This document shows, one piece after another, positions 16,208 through 24,119 of a stretch of 32,000 nucleotides of DNA. Below the pieces are notes generated by a model. The model did not search any database. It saw only the letters and a program-made list of their open reading frames with translations, and was not told the DNA's origin. Position 1 is the first letter of the stretch. Each line of letters begins with the position of its first letter. The position numbers and the translations under genes are program-made. Origin of the DNA: Candidatus Brocadia sp. (GTDB lineage: Bacteria > Planctomycetota > Brocadiia > Brocadiales > Brocadiaceae); NCBI GenBank assembly GCA_021650915.1, contig CP091279.1:1470001-1502000 (forward strand), written 5' to 3'.

Positions 16208-18004
16208 ATGGGCGGAGAAGTTTTCCAGATAGCTGGCATACCTGTTTCTTTTTCCAGCGAGATTGACCTAAATACCGGCATTTCTGCCGAAACGTTTAAG
16301 CCCTACCTGATCTTCAGGTTAAATCTTGAGGCGCACAAATTGTCGCTTCTCCCCGCATTTGACACCCTGCTCTCCCTCAATCTTTCACGGGGTATTATTC
16401 CCTTTGAGCATCAGGTAAACTCGGTAAAAAAACTGCTGGGCAGGTTCAGGGGCCGGGGCATGCTCTGTGACGAAGTGGGACTCGGTAAGACCATCGAGGC
16501 GTCACTTGCCATGCTTGAGCTTATTACCCGGGGACTGATCAAGCGCATCCTGATCCTGGTGCCGCCTTCGCTTGTTCAGCAATGGAAGGAAGAGACCTTT
16601 TTCAAGTGCAATCTTGAGTTTGTTACCTCAGACGAAAAGGAATTCAGGTCTCAGGGAAGTGTTGCGTGGAGGAAGTTTGACCGGATCATTGCGTCGATCC
16701 ACACGGCCAAGAAGTCGCCTCATGCAGATGCGATACAACAGGAGACCTTCGACCTGATCATTGTTGACGAGGCGCATCATCTCAAGAATGCCAATACCGT
16801 CGGCTGGAAATTTCTTAATTCCCTCAAGAAGAAGTACATCTTCCTCCTCACCGCCACCCCGGTGCAAAATAATCTGGAGGAGCTGTTCAATCTGGTAACC
16901 CTCGTATATCCCGGCGAACTGGGCACCCTAAAATCCTTCAAAAAGCAATTCGTTTCCGCAGGCGATCGCCTGACCCCGAAAAACTACGAACAGTTGAGAT
17001 CGCTTCTCGGAGAGCTCATTATACGCAACCGGCGCGCAACCAGCGACGTCAAATTTACCAAAAGATATGCCAAAACGATACGGATTCCGTTGAGCAAAGG
17101 CGAACGGGAGTTGTATACCTCGGTGTCAGAGCTGGTGAGGAATCAATATGCCGGCTCACCGCAGCAGGTCAAAATGACGTTGCGAATCCTTCAGGAAGAG
17201 ATTGGAAGCATACCTCCTGCCGCCGTATCCACCCTTGAAGGCCTCAGAGACAAACTCCCGGACAACGCTGTAATTGCCGATCTCGTCAGCCAATGCAATC
17301 GTCTTGCCTCTTCTGAAAAGGTCAGGGTATTGATTGACGTCATTAACAAAATACCGGACAAGGCGATCATTTTTACCAAATTCAGGGCTTCCCATAGCGC
17401 AATAACAACTGCCCTGAAAAAGTACGACATCTCCTATTCACCCTTACATGGCGGACTGACCAGGCTGGAAAAAGAGAAGTCCATTAAGGAATTTCAGCAC
17501 GTCTCAAAAGTGCTTGTTGCAACGGACGTGGGCAGTGAGGGGAGAAATCTCCAGTTTTGCAACCACATCATTAATTTCGATCTTCCCTGGAATCCCATGA
17601 AGATCGAGCAGAGGATCGGACGGATTTCCCGTATTGGTCAGGAAAAGGAGGTGCACGTTACCAACCTGTCGGCAAAAGATACGATCGAAGACTACATCTT
17701 ATACCTGCTTGACGCCAAGATAAATATGTTTGAGCTCGTTATCGGAGAAATCGACGTTATCCTGGGCAGACTGGACGAAGAGACGGATTTTGAGACGCTT
17801 ATTATGGATGCATGGACAAAATCCCCGGATATGAAGCACTTTGAGAACGAAATCAATCAACTGGGAGAAGACCTGCTTGCGGCAAAACAAAAATACTCCA
17901 CCCTGAAGGACACGGAGGACAAGATATTCGGGGACGAGTTTAACACCACTACCGCAGAAAAAGCTATTACGGAGGGCAGCGAAGATGAGCACCGCGATGC
18001 TTGA
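16208..18004 (+). CDS. SNF2-family (SF2) helicase/translocase
   Basis: 598-aa ORF with motif I DEVGLGKT, motif II DEAHHLKN, LLTATPVQNN, and the C-terminal helicase motifs LVATDVGSEGRNLQ and QRIGRISRIGQ. It has only a short N-terminal extension. Confidence 0.85.
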   Translation: MGGEVFQIAGIPVSFSSEIDLNTGISAETFKPYLIFRLNLEAHKLSLLPAFDTLLSLNLSRGIIPFEHQVNSVKKLLGRFRGRGMLCDEVGLGKTIEASLAMLELITRGLIKRILILVPPSLVQQWKEETFFKCNLEFVTSDEKEFRSQGSVAWRKFDRIIASIHTAKKSPHADAIQQETFDLIIVDEAHHLKNANTVGWKFLNSLKKKYIFLLTATPVQNNLEELFNLVTLVYPGELGTLKSFKKQFVSAGDRLTPKNYEQLRSLLGELIIRNRRATSDVKFTKRYAKTIRIPLSKGERELYTSVSELVRNQYAGSPQQVKMTLRILQEEIGSIPPAAVSTLEGLRDKLPDNAVIADLVSQCNRLASSEKVRVLIDVINKIPDKAIIFTKFRASHSAITTALKKYDISYSPLHGGLTRLEKEKSIKEFQHVSKVLVATDVGSEGRNLQFCNHIINFDLPWNPMKIEQRIGRISRIGQEKEVHVTNLSAKDTIEDYILYLLDAKINMFELVIGEIDVILGRLDEETDFETLIMDAWTKSPDMKHFENEINQLGEDLLAAKQKYSTLKDTEDKIFGDEFNTTTAEKAITEGSEDEHRDA

Positions 18005-19046
18005 AAAATTCCTTCTTGATTATGTGGAAGCACGAGAAGGCGAGGCCGAACTCGTTGATGAGGGAACGTACACCATCCTTTACGGCGCTGAACCCGCAAT
18101 GAAGACGGTTACCTTTGAAATAGAGGCTGCAAAGGAAAATCATGAGATTGAGTTATTCCTGCCCGGCAGCATCTTCTTCGATACCGTTATCCGGGATGCA
18201 ACGGCTAAGGGTTGCATCTGCGCAACCTGGTTATCAGGATTTCAGGCCGTTACGAAGATAATCCAGGCTGAGGCAATGAGAAGCTTTTCCTTTGCTGAGC
18301 ACGGAAGGGATGGAATAAAAAAGATAGAGACGAAGATGTCCCTGTTCCAGCCTTACAACTTCACGGTATGGACATTTACCTTCAAGGTGCGCGTGACTAC
18401 CGATGTTATTGAAGACCATTTGTATACCGTATCCATTGACGCCCGCACGGCAAAGGTACTCAAGAATTTCCTGGAATACCTCGAAAAATTCCAGCATCTT
18501 CCGCAAAACGAGGAAGGCATCCCCGATTATCACCATCCGGAGGTTCAGAGATATTATCAGGCCGCCATCGAATATATAAAACAGAAGGTGACCGGTCTGA
18601 TTGTCAGGAAAAAACAGGAGGCTCTCGACCTGAAGCATAAGGACGCCGAGCGCATGAAAAAATACTACGATACCCTGAACGAGGAAATGGAGGAGGCGAT
18701 GGAGAAGAAGACGAGTGACCGTGAGGCGATGGCAGAAATCCAGGCAAAGCAAAAGGCCATGCTCGTGCAGAGGCAATCAGCCCTGAGTGACATAGAATTT
18801 CGGTATCGAATGGACGCCGGCATGTCTCTGGTATCCGCGCTGGTGACCAACTACCCCTGTTATGTCTCAAAGGTATCCGTTTCATCGTCAACCCAAACGG
18901 CTGAGTACGATATTATCTGGAACCCTCTCTTTAAGCGTTTTGAGCCACTGGTTTGCCCATCCTGTAAAAATCACTGTTATGCACTGATGTTCCTCCGTTC
19001 CGGTATCCGTTGCCAAAATTGCAACAAAGGGGCGGGAAATCAATGA
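17985..19046 (+). CDS. Hypothetical coiled-coil protein with a C-terminal zinc ribbon, coupled to the SNF2 gene
   Basis: 353-aa ORF that overlaps the SNF2 stop by 20 nt, with a GGAGGG Shine-Dalgarno 9 nt upstream. It has a charged, coiled-coil-like central segment (KKQEALDLKHKDAERMKKYYDTLNEEMEEAMEKK) and a C-terminal CPSCKNHC...CQNC motif. Confidence 0.6.
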   Translation: MSTAMLEKFLLDYVEAREGEAELVDEGTYTILYGAEPAMKTVTFEIEAAKENHEIELFLPGSIFFDTVIRDATAKGCICATWLSGFQAVTKIIQAEAMRSFSFAEHGRDGIKKIETKMSLFQPYNFTVWTFTFKVRVTTDVIEDHLYTVSIDARTAKVLKNFLEYLEKFQHLPQNEEGIPDYHHPEVQRYYQAAIEYIKQKVTGLIVRKKQEALDLKHKDAERMKKYYDTLNEEMEEAMEKKTSDREAMAEIQAKQKAMLVQRQSALSDIEFRYRMDAGMSLVSALVTNYPCYVSKVSVSSSTQTAEYDIIWNPLFKRFEPLVCPSCKNHCYALMFLRSGIRCQNCNKGAGNQ

Positions 19047-19142
19047 GGCTCGCAATGAGCACAGTGTCAGGATGCTACTCGAGAGGCTCACAATTTGTGA
19101 TTTACAAACTTGATACAGACCTACCATAATCTGACGGGGTGG

Positions 19143-19172
19143 CACGGACAAGCTGTGCTTGTCCGTGTTTTT
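19143..19172 (+). terminator. Rho-independent terminator of the SNF2 operon
   Basis: An 11-bp stem CACGGACAAGC/GCTTGTCCGTG with loop TGT, followed by TTTTT (19168-19172). Confidence 0.7.
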
Positions 19173-19270
19173 GTAATACTGCTCAACACCTTGTGCTTGC
19201 AATGATCAGACTTGATTTGTCTATCCAAATTTTAGAATGGATATTTTACAAACAACATCGTGCAAGTTCA

Positions 19271-19302
19271 GCACGGACAAACGGAGTTTGTCCGTGCCAC
19301 CC
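19271..19302 (-). repeat. Inverted second copy of the GGTGGCACGGACAA hairpin unit
   Basis: GCACGGACAAAC GGA GTTTGTCCGTGC followed by CACCC. This is the reverse-complement counterpart of 19137-19167. Confidence 0.6.
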
Positions 19303-19347
19303 TGTTTATTAATCTAAATATCCACTTATTGTAAACCCTTTAAGTAT

Positions 19348-19425
19348 AGATTCTTCATTCCGCTCCGCTTCATTCAGAATGACACGGCATGCATGTCATT
19401 CTGAGGACGATAGGACGAAGAATCT
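19348..19425. repeat. 78-bp imperfect palindromic element
   Basis: AGATTCTTC...ATTCAGAATGACA pairs with TGTCATTCTGAG...GAAGAATCT around a CGGCATGCA centre. Confidence 0.5.
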
Positions 19426-19897
19426 TTTGAGGTGTTCAGATGCTCAAGGCGTAAGGGTTTTGCCAAACATATTGGGGTAACTGCGATTTGCCAAATAACC
19501 AAATTGTTACCACTGATTTAAATGATTACACTTTATAATTCATTGATGGTTACTCCTGCCTTGAGACAAGCAGAAGAAATGGGGCTTTGCATAGGCCTGG
19601 CTTTGCAGAAGAAGGTCACAGGGCCACCTTGATAAGTGATTAATGTATTGACAATAAAATATACCTATGCTACCCTGTCTGCCATGATAAAACAGTGGCA
19701 CGGAGAATTTGAAGGAGCTTGCAGTCACGTCTTGTTACAGGGAAATGAGCGATGGAATATATAAACGCAAACCCTAATGTAGAGTAAAACACTGGCGTAG
19801 TGGCTACAGGTTGAGGTTTGTCTTCCCCGTTTCTCTCTGTTTCCTCTGAGAGTGTCACACCATCTCAACCATACCCTATTCCCAGCATCTTCTCATC

Positions 19898-19930
19898 AAA
19901 CCGTACGTGAGGTTTTCCCTCATACGGCTT
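19898..19930 (-). ncRNA. Group II intron domain V
   Basis: The minus strand reads AAGCCGTATGAGGGAAAACCTCACGTACGGTTT. It has the AGC triad, a GAAA-type loop and CACGUACGGUU, matching the domain V consensus. Confidence 0.8.
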
Positions 19931-19964
19931 TCCTGTGCTCTTCACAACAAGGCATATACACCTA

Positions 19965-21263
19965 TCAGCTTGAATTTGCTTTCGGGTAAACATATCGTAT
20001 CCGGTAGTCATTGTACAAACCCCATTTCCCGTATATCTCTTCCCTACTCCACATCTTCCAGCCAAAGCCTTTCAGTTTCTTTCTGCGCAGGACAAACTTT
20101 CGCACCTTCATCTCTAGGTAATCCCTGACTTTGTTGAAGGCGCTGTTGCTATTGCCTATCCTGAAGTAATTCACCCAGCCCCTGATTATCGCATCGACTG
20201 CTTGGATCACTTCTTTTAGTGGCTTGTTCCAGTTTGCCTTGAGCACTGCTCTTACTCTCTTACCGATTTCAATGCACTTCTTCTTCCGCGGTGTCTTGCT
20301 AACATAGGCCTTGCCCTCTCGGTTTCTGGTGAGTCTAAAGTCAAACCCCAGAAAACTGAAACTGCCTCCCTTTTTGAGGTCTACCACTTTCGTCTTCTCC
20401 AGATTCATTTCTACCTCTAATTTGTCCAGTTCTTCCTTGTGTCGCTTCTGTACTTTCTGGAGTATCCAGTCCTCTTTGGGATGCCAGTGCACGAGTATGA
20501 CCATGTCATCCGCACTCCGGATGAAGTCAAGGTTCTCATAGCCTTTACTTCGGGTTACCTCCCGTGCCCGCTCCATCATCTCATCCACTTCATTCAGGTA
20601 AAGGTTCGACAGCAGCGGCGATATGATCCCGCCCTGCGGCACTCCCTTCTTCCCGTTTGCCTTCAGGATGAGTTTTACCAGGTGCATGATATCATCGTCC
20701 TGCACCCTCCGGGCTATCTTCTCCAACAGAATATGATGCCTTATGTTGTCGAAGTATCCGCTCAGGTCTACATCCACCACTCTGGTAAGGCCATACAGTA
20801 TCCCTTTCGTCACCCTGTCGATTGCCTGATGCGCATGTCGTTTGGGACGATAGCCGTACGAGCACTCCTTGAAGTCCGCCTCGAATATCGGTTCCAATAA
20901 AAGCTTTAACGCCCCCTGCACTACCCGGTCTTTGACCGTTGGTATCCCAAGAATTCGGGTCTTTCCATTCCCTTTCGGTATCTCGACCTTTCTGTTGGGC
21001 AACGGTCGGTAAGTCCGGTTAAGAAGTTCCTGCCCTATCCCTTCCAGAAATCCCTCAACTCCCTCTGCCTCGATGTCTTCGAAACTCTTTCCATCGTTTC
21101 CGGGTGCGCCATCGTTGGCCTTTGCCAATCGATAGGCTTCTCTCAGGACTTCTTTCTTGCAGACATGACAGTACAGTCCCCAAAACCTCCACTGCTTCTC
21201 GATCTTCGCCTTCCTGTATATCTTTCTCCTCAGCTCCTGCAGACTTATGGAAGCCTTTGTCAT
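19965..21263 (-). CDS. Group II intron reverse transcriptase/maturase (no endonuclease domain)
   Basis: 432-aa ORF with RT motifs (RTYRPLPNRKVEIPKGNGKTRILGIP, GVPQGGIISPLLSNLYL, RSADDMVILV) and a maturase X-domain pattern (RGWVNYFRIGNS). Confidence 0.9.
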   Translation of the reverse strand: MTKASISLQELRRKIYRKAKIEKQWRFWGLYCHVCKKEVLREAYRLAKANDGAPGNDGKSFEDIEAEGVEGFLEGIGQELLNRTYRPLPNRKVEIPKGNGKTRILGIPTVKDRVVQGALKLLLEPIFEADFKECSYGYRPKRHAHQAIDRVTKGILYGLTRVVDVDLSGYFDNIRHHILLEKIARRVQDDDIMHLVKLILKANGKKGVPQGGIISPLLSNLYLNEVDEMMERAREVTRSKGYENLDFIRSADDMVILVHWHPKEDWILQKVQKRHKEELDKLEVEMNLEKTKVVDLKKGGSFSFLGFDFRLTRNREGKAYVSKTPRKKKCIEIGKRVRAVLKANWNKPLKEVIQAVDAIIRGWVNYFRIGNSNSAFNKVRDYLEMKVRKFVLRRKKLKGFGWKMWSREEIYGKWGLYNDYRIRYVYPKANSS

Positions 21264-21786
21264 TCTTCCCCGCTTTACCTCCGTAGAAAGATTTAAGACA
21301 CAGCAGAGTCCCTTCGCTCCGGCAAAGTTCTGTTGTCCTTGCCATCCTCACTACTACGGACTCATCCGCCACCCTCTTGTCTGTCAGCCCATTTCGCCGT
21401 GGGACTTATAGGACTTACCTTCGTTCCTGATATTTCTATCAGGGACAAGGAGGGTTTCCCCAGTTGATACTGCTCCTTTCTATCCGTGTCGCCGCTGATA
21501 CCCCGCCACCGTTCTTTTCCCTATTAGCCAGTTTAGGTAAAAGAATTCTGTCTTCGCCTATTTGTGAGAGGCTCGACCAGTGAAATTACACCTTTACGAG
21601 GCTACTTCTACGTTCACGTTAGTTACAACCCGGATATTTGCTCGCCTGCCTTATTGCAGACTTTGTTGATGGGCTTCAGAAGGCAACGTTTCCACCACCT
21701 CCTGCCATCCAAGCTACATGGCTCCGGCTTTTACCACGACGGGACTTTCGCCCGTTAGAAAGCAGTACCCTTCTCTGGGCACGCCA

Positions 21787-21990
21787 CTAATCAAGGTGTG
21801 ACTCCAAATGTCCCCCCAGTACCTTCCCCTCCAATATCCGGAATACCTCCTCGTTCAACTCCGGTGTGACATAGATATACTGCAATGCCCTTAAGATCGG
21901 TGGTAACTCATCTCGATTCTTTATTGGCAGCTGTACCCCAGAAATGGGTATGATGCCAAGCTTCAGTTGCTGCTCGAATCTCTTTCTCAT
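21787..21990 (-). pseudogene. N-terminal fragment of a transposase-like protein abutting the intron 5' end
   Basis: 67-aa ORF MRKRFEQQLKLGIIPISGVQLPIKNRDELPPILRALQYIYVTPELNEEVF... ending 5 nt before the intron 5' G. The pattern resembles transposase N-termini as I recall them (unverified). No continuation is found beyond the intron. Confidence 0.35.
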
Positions 21991-22412
21991 CTGCTATCGA
22001 ATATCCTTCGTTTTTTTAGTAGTGTATCGAATATTTGCCCTTTTTATCGTCTCACTGATAGCGAAACCCTCATTTTCCGCCATAAGCTTACCTCTCCTGC
22101 TTCAAATATTCAACACTTTTTCCCGATTCCTTTCGCCTTCTTCTCCTTATATTATCAGCCTTCGGCTGGTTTTCGTTCAAATACTATTTATAACAAGCCA
22201 TGACAAAGGACCATTTCCTTTGTATGCCCTGCTCACTCAGGATTTACCCTTATCGATGGGTATTCGATAGAAAGAGTATAACAAAATAAATACCATCGTC
22301 TGAATATAAGGAACTTATTTTCTGTGATGATTTTACTAATGATTGAATCTCAAGTACTTATGAATGGTATGAAAAAAATATAAACAACAGAAGAGGTTTC
22401 AGGTGAACGATA

Positions 22413-22452
22413 AAAAGTGTGACGTCACAAAAGTGTGCCATGTCACACTTTT
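22413..22452. promoter_or_regulatory. Operator-like repeat set upstream of plsC
   Basis: AAAAGTGTGAC (22413-22423) and AAAAGTGTGCC (22429-22439) are direct repeats. GTCACACTTTT (22442-22452) is the inverted copy. A central TGACGTCA palindrome is present. Confidence 0.3.
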
Positions 22453-22509
22453 ATGATAAGACCAAAATCTTCTTATTGAAAAAGATAAATTTAAAGTTAC
22501 AATAGCTTC

Positions 22510-23292
22510 ATGCACAAAACGTATCAAATAATCTTTACCGTATATTCGTGGACGTTATTCGTCTCACTGTGGATGTTTTCCACATTAATGGCGGTAATCT
22601 TAAGTATAGATACAAAAAAGAAGGAAAACGTGTTCAACACGATTGAACGTGTCTTTAGCCGCATTGCGTTTAAACTCCTTGGTATGCAGGTGAAGATTCA
22701 AGGCATCGAGAACATTCCCAAAGATGAACCCGTGATCTTTATCTCAAACCACCAAAGCATGATGGATATCAAACTCTCCCTGGCGTTTATCCCAACAAAC
22801 TTCAGCTTTATTTCAAAGGATACGGTCTTCCATGTCCCCATCCTGGGTGCATACATGGTGGCATCGGGACATATTCCCATTCAGCGGACTGACGACAGAA
22901 AGGCTTACGAGACCCTTTTGACCGCAATCAGGAAGCTGTCATCAAGGAAATCGCTTGTGGTATTTCCCGAGGGAACGAGAAGTGAGGATGGTAATCTGGG
23001 GCCTTTTAAACGGGGGATTTCACTGATCATCTTAAAATCCGGACGGAGGGTCGTGCCCATGGCAATCTATGGCAGTAATCAATTTATGCCAAAACGCGGA
23101 TGGCTGTCCCATCCGGGAAAAAGATACGTCAAAATATCGTTTGGCAAGCCCTTGTCATTTGACAATTCACGGGCAGATCGTGAATACACAATTCACGTAA
23201 CAAACACCTTGCAGGCAGAAGTATCGAAGTTGTTGCAGAACGCAGCGCTACCACAGCCAAAGACCGCATCCCTATCCCCTCCCCCGGAATGA
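22510..23292 (+). CDS. plsC: 1-acyl-sn-glycerol-3-phosphate acyltransferase
   Basis: Has an N-terminal TM helix, the acyltransferase motif NHQSMMD (NHxxxxD) and FPEGTRS. Confidence 0.85.
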   Translation: MHKTYQIIFTVYSWTLFVSLWMFSTLMAVILSIDTKKKENVFNTIERVFSRIAFKLLGMQVKIQGIENIPKDEPVIFISNHQSMMDIKLSLAFIPTNFSFISKDTVFHVPILGAYMVASGHIPIQRTDDRKAYETLLTAIRKLSSRKSLVVFPEGTRSEDGNLGPFKRGISLIILKSGRRVVPMAIYGSNQFMPKRGWLSHPGKRYVKISFGKPLSFDNSRADREYTIHVTNTLQAEVSKLLQNAALPQPKTASLSPPPE

Positions 23293-23456
23293 AGAGACTC
23301 GGGAGAGGCAAAAAAACTTTTAAAAAAGAAGTTTTTACAGAGCACAACGATGCATAAAGAACAAAAAACAGTTGTTTTTTTTCAAGCGATTGATAATAAT
23401 GTGCAGAACCGGGAAGAGTCCGTGCTCAAAACCCACGATAAAATTATTCATTTCAG

Positions 23457-23954
23457 GTGATGTCGGTGAAAAAAAAGGTAGTAAAATTCCTGGGAAATCT
23501 TTCTCAGGATGAACTTTATGAGGCCAGGAATTGTATTGATACCCTGATCTGCAACCAGGGAGAACCGGCCATAAAGCCACACAAAGGAAAGCAAAAAACT
23601 GCAGATGCTTTTTCTGATATGATGAGGCAAGAGCGATTTTATCATATCTTTACCTGTAAGTTTAAAAAGGTAAATGAACTCAAAAAACCTGCCTCTATCG
23701 GCACGGTCGTTGATATTTCAAAAAGCGGGCTGCGTTTAAAAACGAAAAATAATCATATAACCGTGGGCAATCTTTTGGTCATCTTCCCTGGGAAAAAAGC
23801 AGAAGCAAGCATTTTGGCCATTTCTCCTGAGTACGATCACGATGGAAACAAGATCTTTGCGGAGGTAACTCGGGTGAAGGAATTACTGGAAATGTCTGAA
23901 TTGGGTTGTAAATTTCTTCCGCGCAAGAGTCTCCTCTTTGATCTGGTTGTGTAA
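23457..23954 (+). CDS. PilZ domain protein
   Basis: RQERF (RxxxR-like) is followed about 25 aa later by DISKSGL (DxSxxG). The start codon is uncertain. Confidence 0.5.
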   Translation: MMSVKKKVVKFLGNLSQDELYEARNCIDTLICNQGEPAIKPHKGKQKTADAFSDMMRQERFYHIFTCKFKKVNELKKPASIGTVVDISKSGLRLKTKNNHITVGNLLVIFPGKKAEASILAISPEYDHDGNKIFAEVTRVKELLEMSELGCKFLPRKSLLFDLVV

Positions 23955-24119
23955 TTTGTACAAAAACTCACTACGATCATGGCTTCCCTCCAACCGGCAA
24001 GGGGCAAGGGGTAAATGATTTTTATTATTGACTTTGATATTGATTCAATATACATTTATACAAGGATTTAAGAGTCGGCAATCAATACTATCCGTTCACG
24101 TTAATAAGGAGCCGCGCGC

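Larger units (their letters stand above)
19862..21782 (-). mobile_element. Group II intron (3' boundary approximate)
   Basis: The 5' end GTGCCCAGAGAAGGGT (minus strand from 21782) resembles the GUGCGCCCAGAUAGGGU type of 5' end. About 520 nt of structured RNA precede the RT ORF. Domain V lies 34 nt after the ORF stop. Domain VI and the exact 3' end were not resolved. Confidence 0.75.

Noticed and set aside
19694-19712. GTGGCACGGAGAATTTGA could be a sigma-54 (-24/-12) promoter.
   Set aside because: The -12 element reads TTTGA where TTGC is expected, and the spacing is off by one. No plus-strand gene lies downstream for 2.8 kb. The TGGCACGGA part is better explained as a copy of the GGTGGCACGGACAA repeat.
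19670-19858. A 62-aa minus-strand ORF downstream of the intron could be the 3' exon continuation of the transposase-like stub.
   Set aside because: Its sequence (MTLSEETERNGEDKPQP...) has no transposase-like features, a GTG start and no ribosome-binding site. It overlaps the structured region after domain V.
19965-21263. The reverse transcriptase could belong to a retron, a DGR or a defence-associated RT.
   Set aside because: It has a maturase X domain, a group II-type 5' end, and a canonical domain V 34 nt downstream of the stop. No msr/msd-like or template/variable repeat pair was seen.
21944-22270. A hydrophobic 108-aa plus-strand ORF in the AT-rich region left of plsC.
   Set aside because: The Phe/Leu/Ile/Ser-rich composition is what T-rich non-coding DNA yields. 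It has no ribosome-binding site and overlaps the transposase-like stub on the other strand.
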